This document shows, one piece after another, positions 23,556 through 34,700 of a stretch of 64,000 nucleotides of DNA. Position numbers and translations under genes: made by a program. How positions within the stretch are numbered: the first letter of the stretch is position 1; each line of letters opens with the position of its first letter. Under the pieces are notes generated by a model. That model did not search any database. It saw only the letters and a program-made list of their open reading frames with translations, and was not told the DNA's origin. The DNA comes from Caecitellus pseudoparvulus (Eukaryota; Protista; Bigyra: Bicosoecida), in the NCBI GenBank assembly GCA_965644315.1, contig CBFFRQ010000053.1:62001-126000 (forward strand), given 5' to 3'.

Positions 23556-25970
23556 CGAAGCCGCCGACGAGGAGCTATCCACGCCGCCCTCCGTGGCAGG
23601 GCTGGCCTCCTTGGAGCCCCAGATGCTCTCAGGAGACGGCATGCCGACAGGGGGCATGAGCCACCCGATGCCACCCGTGGGTGGCTTGGAGTCCCCTGTC
23701 TTGCCCTTGCCGGATGCCTGCCCCGCCCCCGCTTGCGCGGCCTTGCCCTCTGTAGGCTGGGCTGCACCTCGCTCCGCCTGCTTCTTTGCGAGCACCTGCT
23801 CCAGGCTAGGCAAAGACCCGCCTTCTGTGACCACCCGCACCTCCTCGGCCGTCAGCGTCTCCCGCTCCGTCAGCGCCTCGGCCAGCAGGGACACCTTGTG
23901 CCAGTTGGCCTGCAGCAGGCTCTTGACGCGGGCGTAGCTTTCTTGCAACAGGCGCTCCACCTCCTCGTCCACGCGCTCCTTGTGGGCCTCGCTCTCCTGG
24001 TGCTCCTGGGAGTACTGGCTGAAGCCCACCTTGGACATGCCGAAGTACTTGACGTACCGCCGGGCCACCTCCGTCGCATGCTGCAGGTCCGAGAAGGGCC
24101 CTGTCGTCACGTTGTCGTAGCCATTGCACAGCTCCTCCGCCACCAGCCCGCCAAACGCCACATCCATGTCCGCAAGGAGCTTGTGGCGGGACTGGGGCGC
24201 CGAGTCGTCGGCAAAGAAATGCGTCACGCCACCTGCACTACCCCTGCCCAGCACTGTCACCTTGTGCAGCTCCTTGGCACCTGGCGTCAGCAAGGCCGCC
24301 AGAGTGTGCCCACTCTCGTGGAAGGCAGTCAGGCGCATCATGGCGGCAGTCTTCTTGCGGCTGCGGTGGGCAGGGCCCATCCAGGACTTGTCCATGGCCT
24401 CCTCCAAGTCCCCCATGTCCACCTCCGACGCGCCGCGGGATGCGGCGATGATGGCGGCAGAGTTCACGATGGCCTCGATTTGAGCCCCTGTGAAGCCTGG
24501 TGTCGCCTTGGCCAGGGTCGTCGCGTCCACGCCCTCCGCCACCGTGACGCGGCCCAGGTACAGCTGGAACGTCTCCACACGCCCCGCCACGTCGGGCGGC
24601 GACACGTCCACAGTGGAGTCGAAGCGACCTGGGCGGCGCAGGGCGCTGTCCAGGCTCTCTGGGTCGTTCGTCGCAGCGATGACGATGACGTTGTCGTGCT
24701 TGTCGAAGCCGTCCATGGCAGCCAGCAGCTGGTTCAGCGTCTGGCGCTCTGTGCCTGCCCGGCCCATGCCAGCACTGCGGCGCTTGCCGCCAACTGCGTC
24801 GATCTCGTCGATGAAGATGATGGCGGGCGAGTTGGCCTTGGCGCTCTCGAACAGCTCCCGCACACGCTTGGCGCCCAACCCCACGAACACCTCCTCGAAT
24901 TCAGCGGCAGACTTGTTGTAAAACTTCACCCCGCTCTCCCCCGCTACGGCCCGTGCCAGCAGCGTCTTGCCCGTGCCTGGGGGGCCAGTCAGCAGCACGC
25001 CGCGAGGCACGCGCGCCCCCAGCGCCTGGAAGCGCTCAGGCTCCCGCAGGTACGCCACGACGTCCTGCAGCTCCTTCTTCGCGTCGTCCACGCCCTTGAC
25101 ATCTTCGAAGCTGACGTCAGGCACCGCCCCGTCTTCGTCCACGGCCTTGGTCTTACCGCCCAGAGCACCCAGCATGCCGCCATCCTCGCCCGGCGCCATG
25201 TTCAGCAGGCGCCACAGCAGGAACAGCACCAGGGCACCTGACAGCACACGGAAACCCAAGGCGATGTAGTCCCTCGTCCCCATGCGGCCAGGCACCACAG
25301 TCACCGACAGCGGCGCAGCCTCAGAGCCCAGAGCCACTGTTTGGCTGGCTTGGCCTTGCGGCCGGACGCCACCTGGTGGCGGGGGTGGGGGGAGCCCTCT
25401 GCCTCCAAAGCCTTGGCCGCCAGCATGGTGTCTTCCTTCAGCCAGGCCATCGAAGCTGGCAGACCCGCTCCCAAACAGCGCCGTAGTCGCCTCCATCACT
25501 TCCGGCAGTCCCTCGCGCCCAAAAGCGAACTTGCCGGATTCGTACCGCCGCAACACCTCCTCATGCATGCCTGCCCGGTTCAGGAGCTGAGAGTATGCAG
25601 CTTGATACGGTGGGTGGTCGGGGTACATGTTGGCACGCTCCTCTGCCTCCCGCAGCTGCCCTGAGACAGCACTGCTGCCCCTACCCCATGAAGCCGCACC
25701 AGCGGTCGTGGTCAGTGCGCGGACGCGGCGCATGGCAATAGCGGCGTCACGAGCCCCTCCGCGGGGTGCGCCCGGTACGTGAACAGCCTGGCGCACCATG
25801 GGAAGCATGGCCCGCATCAGCGGGCTCGCAGCTGGTGCGGAGGTCATGATGGAGCGTGGGTTGTCAAGCGCGTTTCGCATGCTGGCTTGCAAGGCGGCTC
25901 TGGAAGGCTGGGGGGCCCTTGCCGCGCGAGCGACTGCAAGAGCTTCTCGGAGAGCTACCCTTGTGTACAT
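23505..25970 (-). CDS. ATP-dependent zinc metalloprotease FtsH/YME1-like (mitochondrial i-AAA type)
   Basis: Walker A GPPGTGKT, Walker B IFIDEID, SRH ALRRPGRFD, zinc motif HESGH, single TM, Arg-rich presequence; intronless. Confidence 0.94.
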   Translation of the reverse strand: MYTRVALREALAVARAARAPQPSRAALQASMRNALDNPRSIMTSAPAASPLMRAMLPMVRQAVHVPGAPRGGARDAAIAMRRVRALTTTAGAASWGRGSSAVSGQLREAEERANMYPDHPPYQAAYSQLLNRAGMHEEVLRRYESGKFAFGREGLPEVMEATTALFGSGSASFDGLAEGRHHAGGQGFGGRGLPPPPPPGGVRPQGQASQTVALGSEAAPLSVTVVPGRMGTRDYIALGFRVLSGALVLFLLWRLLNMAPGEDGGMLGALGGKTKAVDEDGAVPDVSFEDVKGVDDAKKELQDVVAYLREPERFQALGARVPRGVLLTGPPGTGKTLLARAVAGESGVKFYNKSAAEFEEVFVGLGAKRVRELFESAKANSPAIIFIDEIDAVGGKRRSAGMGRAGTERQTLNQLLAAMDGFDKHDNVIVIAATNDPESLDSALRRPGRFDSTVDVSPPDVAGRVETFQLYLGRVTVAEGVDATTLAKATPGFTGAQIEAIVNSAAIIAASRGASEVDMGDLEEAMDKSWMGPAHRSRKKTAAMMRLTAFHESGHTLAALLTPGAKELHKVTVLGRGSAGGVTHFFADDSAPQSRHKLLADMDVAFGGLVAEELCNGYDNVTTGPFSDLQHATEVARRYVKYFGMSKVGFSQYSQEHQESEAHKERVDEEVERLLQESYARVKSLLQANWHKVSLLAEALTERETLTAEEVRVVTEGGSLPSLEQVLAKKQAERGAAQPTEGKAAQAGAGQASGKGKTGDSKPPTGGIGWLMPPVGMPSPESIWGSKEASPATEGGVDSSSSAASSGGEGSSAGEGPRRWV

Positions 25971-26346
25971 GCTGTGTGCTGCTGAAGGTGCGCGTGGCGT
26001 CTGCGGCCTGAGGCGCTGCTGAAGTCAGGACTCTGCCTGTCGGCGAAATGCTCCTCCTGAAACGCCAAGAAGAGTGAGGAAGAAAACGACACCAAGCCAG
26101 CGCTGAGCGGAGTCTCCCTGTGCACAACGGTGCCACAGTGTTTTTGGGTTTTGTGTTTTAGAGTAGCTGCACAATTCACACTGCCGCGGCAGTGGCGCAC
26201 TGCGCAAGGGTGCAGCGCCAGGCCAGCGCTGACGTGCGCTTGAGATGCTGCGCTCCATCCTCGGAGCACTTTTCCAACCACCACCCACCTGTCTCGGAAG
26301 TCAAGCTCTCAATCAGGAGGATTGTCCCATACACCAAGCTTGCAGC

Positions 26347-27582
26347 ATGTCAGGGAGCGGAGAGAAGAAGGAGCAGAGCTCCGGGCTGCTCACTGCCGCA
26401 GGGGTCGTGGCGGCCGTGGCAGCTGTTGGCGTTGGCGCGTACGTGTGGCACTCTTACACCAAGACCCAGCAGGCTGAGGATGCTGATGAAATCGAAGTGG
26501 AAGAGGAGGAGATTGAGCAGCCTGAGCCCGTCCCAGCGCCGACTAAGCCCGTGAGTTGTGTCACGTAAAACGGTGCTGTGCGGAACATGGCTGTGCTGCC
26601 AGACTCTTCTTCTTGGCGGCACGCTTCGTGCGCCAGTGCGGGCCCCGCCTCACTTGCCCCACTCGCCTGCGTTCAGACTGAGGTTGCAGCCAAGGAGCCT
26701 GAGGTGCAGCCTGCCCCTCAGACCCAGGCACAGACCGAGGAGGCTGCCTCCGAAGTTGTGCCTGCGCCAGAAACCGGCTCCGCTGCTGTGGAGTCAACTG
26801 AGGGTGTTGCACCCGCGGCCACCCCAGCCCAAGCCCCAGAGCCTGCCGCAGCTGGTGAGCATGCTGAGGGTGACCCTGCTGTGGGCACAGCGGCTGCGGC
26901 CGGTGGCGCAGGCTCTGCCGAGGAGGATGGGGAGTTGGTGGATGTGCCTGAAAACGCACACGGCACCATCTCCAAGTCCAAGATGCTGGACATCGTGAAG
27001 GACGTTGTGGAGGCCGCGAAGGACCTGCGCAAGGACATCGCTCAGAACTTGGAGAGTGGGAAGATCACAGCTGCGATGGCGCCCATGCTGGTGCAGATGC
27101 GCATCGAGACGCTGGACTCCCAGATCGCGAGCAAGTTCAACGTCACCAAGGAGGAGATCCAGGAGGCACAGGCCGTGTACGAGAAGGACGCCAGCATTGC
27201 GCCCCACGTGAAGGTGCTGCAGGAAGAGACACAGCTGGCCATGATGGGCGGCACCCGCCCCGAGCCCACCTGGACCGAGGACACCATGATCAAGAACATC
27301 CAGCGCAACGCACAGGCGTCCATGGAAATCCTGCTGGAGAAGAAGCGAGAGCTGGTGGCCTCAGGTGCCCTGGGCGGCGCTGGCAAGGAGCAGTTTGCCC
27401 AGGCCATGATGCACATGCTACCCCAGGTGGCCGTCGAGGCCCTGCACCGCATCGGCGTGGACCAGGCGGAGATGCAGCAGAACATGCTGGCGTACGGATC
27501 CAACGAACGCGTGATGCAGGCCGTCCTGGAGAGCAGCCAGAACATGCAACAGGACCAGCTCGCCGAGCTCAGCGAGTTCTGA
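26347..27582 (+). CDS. Hypothetical N-terminally anchored protein with an acidic linker and duplicated helical domain
   Basis: TM segment LLTAAGVVAAVAAVGVGAYVW, intron at about 26551-26675, E/P/A-rich linker, strong coding-like codon usage in the helical C-terminal part. Confidence 0.75.
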
Positions 27583-27745
27583 GGTGCCTGACCCTCGTCA
27601 GTGGCAGTGCACGGCTGTCGATAAATGCAATGCTGCGTGTACAGTGCAGACAGTCACGTCTCGGGGGCCCACCCGGGGAACTGGCCTCTTCGTAAGGCGC
27701 CACAGTAGCAGGCAAGACGACCCAGGAGGAAAACAGTGGCAGGCG

Positions 27746-29056
27746 ATGGCCAGCATCTCGCCGGCTACAGCGGCAGCGGCCGCCAGCGCACAGGGGCTCA
27801 GCATCCCAGTTGACCCCAAGAAGACGCTCAAGCTGAAGGGGCAAGAGTACGAAGAGCTGCACGGTCTGGGGGAACTGGGGGCGTCGTTGCGGAAATTGGA
27901 TGTCTCCAACAATGCCTTGCAGCGATTGCCCCAGGACGTCCTGCCCCCCAAGTTGACCTTCCTGAACGCCTCCCACAACAAGTTAACAGGAGTCGCGCTT
28001 TCCTCATCAGACATTGGAGGCTGCCCGGAGCTCGTGGTGTGCAACGCTGCCCACTGCCGCATTTCCAGCCTGCCCAGCACAAGCCTGCAGGCTTGCCGCG
28101 TGCTGAAGGCCCTGGTGCTGAACAACAACAGCATCTCCGACGGCCTCTTACACCTGGGCCACTTGACCACACTGAACACGCTGGTCTTGTCTCACAACCG
28201 CATTCCCAAGGTGCCCAAAGTCCTGCTGCAACGCCTTCCGGGCTTGGTCAAGCTCAGCCTCTCCCACAACCGACTGGACGCCTTCCCCAAAGTGTGGCTT
28301 TGCCCAGACTTGGTCGAGCTGCGCCTGGCCGGCAACGCCATTGCTGACATCCCCTCCAAGGTGGCGCGCCTCACCAACCTCCGCCTGCTCGACTGCTCCA
28401 ACAACGCCATCGCTTCCTTCGACAGCATCGCCCACCTGTCCACCTGCCCTCGCCTGGCGCATGTGTCCATGAGGGGCAACCCCGTGGCAGGGCCAGAGGC
28501 AGCTGCGGCGGCGGATGCTCCCACCACCTCCGCGCGCTACGCCTCGCAAATGCGCACCCTTCTGCCGCACTTGGCCGTGCTGGATGGCCTGCGCCTGGTG
28601 GGCAACGCGCGGGGTAAGAGAGGTCAGGCTGCTCCTGGCGCCGCTGTCGCATTGAAGCGCAGGCGCCAGGGACTGGACGTGGATGCCTCCCTGCTGCAGC
28701 GCCGGGAGGCCAAGGCTGCCCGGGTGGACGACGCGCCGTCGCCCCCAGCGACGCGCATGCCTGAGCCTCAGTCCAAGCCTGGCTTGGCAGTCCAGCCAGG
28801 CCCAGAAGCGGCGCCGGAGCCCGTTCCTGAGCCTGAGGCTCGCACACAGGCCCCGCGGATGAAGCTCTCCAGCGTTGAAGTGGCCCCTGGAGACTTGCCC
28901 AGCGTGTCAGGGGCAGTGGGCGTAGAGGAGGTCTCCGCAAGGCGCCGAACCAAGGCTGCCAAGAAGGCCGCCAAACACGCCAAGCGAAAGAGCCAGGCAG
29001 CTCCACCAGCTGTGGTGGCTGACGGGACGACTAGCCTTGGGGCAGCAGCATGGTAG
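27746..29056 (+). CDS. Leucine-rich repeat protein with LRRcap and basic tail
   Basis: Repeated LxxLxLxxNxL units, LRRcap MRGNPV..YASQMRTLLPHLAVLDG, Lys/Arg-rich C-terminus. Confidence 0.88.
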   Translation: MASISPATAAAAASAQGLSIPVDPKKTLKLKGQEYEELHGLGELGASLRKLDVSNNALQRLPQDVLPPKLTFLNASHNKLTGVALSSSDIGGCPELVVCNAAHCRISSLPSTSLQACRVLKALVLNNNSISDGLLHLGHLTTLNTLVLSHNRIPKVPKVLLQRLPGLVKLSLSHNRLDAFPKVWLCPDLVELRLAGNAIADIPSKVARLTNLRLLDCSNNAIASFDSIAHLSTCPRLAHVSMRGNPVAGPEAAAAADAPTTSARYASQMRTLLPHLAVLDGLRLVGNARGKRGQAAPGAAVALKRRRQGLDVDASLLQRREAKAARVDDAPSPPATRMPEPQSKPGLAVQPGPEAAPEPVPEPEARTQAPRMKLSSVEVAPGDLPSVSGAVGVEEVSARRRTKAAKKAAKHAKRKSQAAPPAVVADGTTSLGAAAW

Positions 29057-29074
29057 CTCCCGCCACAGCCACAC

Positions 29075-29086
29075 AATACATGCATT
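29075..29086. promoter_or_regulatory. Back-to-back candidate 3'-end signals (AATACA on +, AATGCA on -)
   Basis: AATACATGCATT lies in the 38-bp gap between the convergent LRR and PH-TPR stop codons; the same motif family follows many other stops. Confidence 0.5.
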
Positions 29087-29094
29087 TCACAGCC

Positions 29095-31209
29095 TTACTC
29101 GCCTTGTCCGGAAATCACTTTCTCTGTCATGGCGCGCTGGCGGTGCGTTGCCTCCGCCACACGCCGATCTGCAGGGCCGTACGTGTTGCTGTAGGCATTG
29201 GCTGCGTCACCAAAGAAGCGACTGGCTGCCAAGTACTCGCGGCGCTTGCGGTGCAGACAGCCCAACTGGTACAACGTGTCTGCCGTCTCGCCCTGGCAAT
29301 CCCCCAGTTTGTCTTTGAAAATGGTCAGTGCCTCGCCATAGGCGTCCGCGGCAGCGTCGTACTTGCCCTGCCGCCGGCACAAGCCAGCGAGGTTGTACAG
29401 CGCCGTAGCAGTGGAGACATCCGAGCCGCCGACTCCCACACGCAGTGACTCCACCGCCCGGCGTGCATGGCGCTCTGCGTCCCCCAGCTTCCCTTGCTCC
29501 CGCTGCACAGCAGCCAGGTCAGTCAGCGCACAGGCCGTGTTGGGGTGACTCTCACCCTGCAACTCGGCACAAAGGTCAACAGCTGCCGCGTAGTACTGCT
29601 CAGCCCGTCCATAGTTCTGCTGCAGAGCAAGGATGCGCCCCAAGTCCCGAGCAGCGGCTGATGCGGCGATGGAGTGCTCCCCGGAGCGATGCCGACGCAC
29701 GTCCATGACGTGCTGGTAGTGTGTCTCAGCCTCCGTGAACCGACCCGCTCGCTCCAGGTTCTGCGCCTGCTTGTAGAACGGCAGCCACTCGTGCTCGTAA
29801 GCGTCGCCTGCAGTCCCACCGGCTGCCTTCGCCTCGCCCTCTGCCTTGCTCTCCTGCGCGCCGTCGCCTCCTTGCCCCGTGGCCGAACCGGACGCAGACG
29901 CCTGGCCAATGCTGGCGGCTCGCGCCAAGGCCGCGTCTCTCTGGGCACCAGCGAGGGCTTCCTCCAACTCAGCCACACGCACTCGCTGTGCAGAGAGGTC
30001 AGATGACAGCTTGCTGCTGCGCTCCTCGGCGAGGCGGTGAGCCGTCGTTGCTGCCGACAACTGGCGGCGGAGGGCATCCAGCTCCTCGTCACCTGTGCCG
30101 CTGTTCAGCATGGCGCTAGCCATGACAGCCGCCGACTCAGTGGCCCTGGACAGCTCCGCATTCAGATGTTTGACCTGCTCCTCCGCAGCCGCAAGGCTGG
30201 AGCGTGCGGCTGCTGTCTGGCCCTGCTGGCGTGCCAGCGCCGCCTTGGCCTGCGCAGCTTCCTTGCGGGCCGCCTCCAAGGCTGCTGCCATGGCGGGGTC
30301 GCCCGCAGCTGCGCCCAGAGCAGCAGCACCTTCACCTTGGCGAGCCTCATCGAGGGCTTTCTGCAGTGCCTTCTCCGACTGGCTCAGCTTCAGGTTCGCT
30401 TCTTTCATGGCCGTGATGGCGTCGATCATGGCTTGCCCGTTCATCATGCTGCGCCCTGCGCCCTCCTCACCCCCACTGCCATCCGCTGCGCCAGAGGCAG
30501 CATCTGCCGCTGCGGCGTCTTCCTTGGTCAACAACGACGAGCAGTGGTTCAAGAACTTCAGTGCGTATTGAGCACGCTGCGAAAGTGCCCAGGAATGGTG
30601 AGCCTATGCCTGACGCCGGGCACCCCAGGCAGGGCGGCCTCACCGAAAACATGCGCTCATAGCTTGCCTGCTTGATGGCCGCCTTCCACTGTGGAGAGGA
30701 GGGTTTTACGAGCGTGAGGCACGGCCCCGCCTGAGCCACACCTGTCGCAGCCCAAAGCGTTATCAGCACCACTGCCGCGCTTGGCAGCCACGCACCCGGA
30801 CCATGTCCTCTGCTGACGGAAAAGCAATGAGAAGGGACACTTGGGCAACACTTGTCAGTTTCACAGCATGTGGATGGTCTGCTGAGTCTGAGTTGTCCTG
30901 CAATGGGCAGCGGCAGGCCTCGGCACGTGCAGTGCACCTGGCACCTGGCGTTGCGCCCAGCCTTGACAGGCCACGGCACACCGACGCTAGCCTGCAGCTC
31001 ACCTGGATGGTCATTTTGTCCACGCAGATGGCCTTCTTCGGGCGGTTCTCCCTCTCATTCGCGTACTCGAAGAGCATGTTGCCCCCCAGCACGAAGTACC
31101 GCTGGCGCCAGGAGTAGGGAAAGGCTCCGGACTTCTTCTGCAGCATCTGCCGCATGCGAATGTTGCCCTGCTGCTCAGGCGTGACATTGAACTCAGCTAC
31201 AGTGGCCAT
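29095..31209 (-). CDS. PH domain - coiled coil - TPR (kinesin-light-chain-like repeats) protein
   Basis: PH: LQKKSG..SWRQRYFVL..LFEY..EDMVR|WKAAI across GT-AG introns. KLC-type TPRs: HPNTACALTDLA, TATALYNLAGL, TADTLYQLG. Confidence 0.85.
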
Positions 31210-31768
31210 TTTCGCAGATTCACGCCGGTGCCCAGACGTCCCCGTGCGTGTGAACCCTGCCCAGCTCTTGTGCTCGTACAGGAGGCCTTTTCTGACACGC
31301 TTTCGCGCTTTAGCAAACAATGGAGACTGTCAGCGCCCGCATCCTCTGAGGAAGGGGCCACGCTGCTTCGGTGGAGCCGGTCACCTGTCTCTTGACAAGC
31401 GCGATTGTGACGATTGCGCCGCACTGCCAAGAGGGCAAAGCTGCAGGCCAGCCAGCGATGGCGCGACCCCGACAAAAACCGAACGCTCCGTCGAAAGGAG
31501 TCGACACTAATCGCAGACATTGTATATTATTCTAACAAATGGCCGTGCTTACGCCCGTGGCCTGCGCTGTCACACAGTGGATCTCACTGCTGCGTTGCAA
31601 CTTCCGCAACGCGTCCCTCAAACCCGTGAAGCCTCTTGCTACTACGTTGCTGGAACTCAGGCTGCACACCCCTGCAGCTGCAACTGCTCCAGGAAGCTTC
31701 AAATCCAAACTTCCCCACTGCCCTCCCGAGCTAATCTAGGCGCAAGCCCAACTCAAAACGTGGCAAGC

Positions 31769-34700
31769 ATGGCAGCTCGGCCAGCTGGAGGCGGCACAAG
31801 GGCGAAGCCTCGAGGCCTGGCAAGGGAGCACTCCATGCTGCGTGCTATCAACAACATCAAACTTGGAAAGCCGTCCATTGCCCCAGAGGGCCGCCTGACG
31901 CGGAAGGAAGCGGCGTGGTGTCTTCCGGGCCACTTGGGATGCTGGCAGGCTGTCCAGCGACAACCAGCTGTCCCAGACTTGGCCAACCTGACCATGGGAC
32001 ACCTCTCACGGCACGGCATCAGTGGCACATTCAGGTCTGGCTGGGTCGAAGCGTTGTTTCAAGAGTACCAGAATTCCAAGTCTCGGGCTTGGCCTTCCGC
32101 TGTCTGGGCAGGCCTATGTCTCACCTGCTTCGTGTGGGAGCTGTTCATGGTCATCCCTCACTGCTCATCGCGCTCTGCAAGTGTCCTGATCACCCTGCGT
32201 CTCTCAGGGCTCCTTGCTGCAATGCTGCACCTGGGAATGTTCCGGTGCTGGCAGTACTCCCCGCGAAGGTGGGCGTGGCATGCCCAAGCCCACTGGGCAC
32301 TGCAAAGTTTGCTGCTCATGCTGGTCACCCTGAGCATGAAAGATACAGAAGTGCCGCTGACCGGGCGTGTACCCCAAGCGCATATCGGTCTCTCCAAGGT
32401 GCTGCAGCCCTATGACGGGGACCAGGGCATCCTCGCGTTGTTGAGCGTGACTTGCTTGAGTGCCCTCCTGCACTTGTCAGGAATGCCCCCTCTGCACGGA
32501 ATCGGCATCTCGTGCTTCGACATCTTGGGGACGTACATCCCTGCCTCTATTCAGGAAGAGCGATACAGCTTGGGCATGTTTTGCTCAACTCTCGCGATGG
32601 TGCTGCTCCCGGCTGGCGTCGCTGTGGCTCGGGAGGCCCAGCGCCGACGCCTCTTTCGCGCGCTTCTCCTGCTCAGCGCCGACGCCCGGCGAGCCATGCT
32701 GCTCGTAAACGGCATGCTTCCCAAGCACATTCGAGCTGTGCTGGAGGGGGAGCCTCCTGCCGTAGCTGCGCCGGGGCTGCAGCCCATCGCATTTGACGCT
32801 GTTGACCGCAATGTCGAGCGGGAAAGGCAGGAAGCTCATGAAAGGACTGCACAAGCCCCCCATGCAACACCCAGCCGTTTGACGGATACGCAAAGGGGTC
32901 CGTCAGACGCTGCATGTAGCAGGGGAGGGCAGCCTGTCATGGCGCCGGTGCCGAGCACTCTGTCGCCGATGTCTGCTGCCGGCAGTTTCTTCAGCAGGGC
33001 AGCTGCCCTCATGAGCCCTGGCAGGACCACAGTGTCAGTGGGGGGTTTGCGCAAAGAAGACTTCCACGATGCTGAGGACTGGCTCAGCGAAACAGCCGCA
33101 GAAGAGGAGGAAGACGGGGCGCGCCTCGGACACAACGTTGAATTGTTGAGCGAGGCAAGCTACGCGCCCGTTCACCCCCAGTCATCCATCGCTTTCTCCC
33201 ACGAAGATGTTGCGGTGTGCTTCGTGTATGTCCTTGACCTTGCAGGCATTTCCAGCCAGAACGACCCCTTGTCCATGGTATCAGGGTTGAACAGACTGTA
33301 CTCTGAGTTTGACAGGGCAGTGGAGAGCGCAGGGGCGTACAAGCTCCTCGCCATCGCCGACATGTACCTTTTCATGTGCAATGCCCCAACGCCATCCCCT
33401 GCATACGCCAAAACCACGGTGCGAGTTGCTCACAAGCTGCTTTCGATTGCCGCTCGCCCGCGGCACACAATAGGCGAACGCAAGCTGAGCATCAAGGCTG
33501 GCATCCACAGTGGCCCACTGGCTGCAGGGATGATTGGCACGCACTCCCGCAACTATCACATCTTTGGTGACACTGTCAACTTTGCCTCACGCCTGTGTTC
33601 GACTAGTGACGCTGGCAAGCTGCAAGTGTCAGCTGCATTCATGCACAGCTGGAGGCAGCAGGATCCGTCTGCAGACAAGCAGCACCACGTGCACTCAAGA
33701 GGGAGGGTGTTTCTCAAAGGCAAGGGCTTGCAGGAGACGTTCTGGGTCGCAAGTCGTATGTCCCAAGAAGGTTCCGAGGACAGCAGCAACACTGGCTCTT
33801 CTGTGGCTGAGACACAAGCTGCACGACGCCGTCGCCAATGGGCACTTCGCAGTCTCAGCACCCGCTGCCTCTCCAACCCCACCCAGCTGTTGCACACCTT
33901 ACAAGGGCCGCGAGCGACAGACAAACTGCCTTTGGAAAGTCTCACTGCCCTGGCTGCCAACCCCATTGCAACACGACTGAAGCGGGTGCTCCGAAACTCT
34001 GAGGTGCACGCAAGCTTTACGAGCTGCGACTACGAACACGACCAACAGGAGCAAATGGTCACCGTCAACACAGAGCCTCAACATGTCCTCACTGGCCGCT
34101 TCTTGGATCCCATGCTGGAGCTGCTGTTTCGGAAGACCCAGGCCCAAACTGTCATGAAGCACTTCGTGCACTTCATGGTGACCTTCCAAACGCCAGCCTG
34201 GCTGCTAGCCGCTGTGTACACGCTGAACTGGGCTTTTCCCCATTTGACGCAGTACCCCCGCACTTCAGAGCATCTCGGCTTCCTCATCTTCGGATACGTC
34301 ATCTGCGTTCCCTACCTGGGGCTCATCATCCTGTACAAACTCGGCAACCATGCCAAGTGGCTCTTGCGGCACTGCCAGGTCATTGTCCGCTGCGGCTTCT
34401 GGGCGCAGCTGGTGCTGGGAATGGCCTCCATTACACTTGCAGATATCACACGTGCTGAATTGGTGTACGCTACGGTTGTTGTCGTCATTCTGCAGCTCGT
34501 CGCAGCCCAGACATCCATCGACCAGCACTATGCAGTTCCTGGCCAGGCTGCCTTGGCCAGCTTCTGGGCGGGCCTGGCCCTGGCCTCCTTCTTGCAGCAC
34601 TCATCCACTGCCCGTGAGCTGGGGGTGTGCGGCCTGGCCATCTTAACTACTACCATCTGCAGCTGTGTGGGCAGCCTGCAGCAGCTGCACGGGGCGCGGC

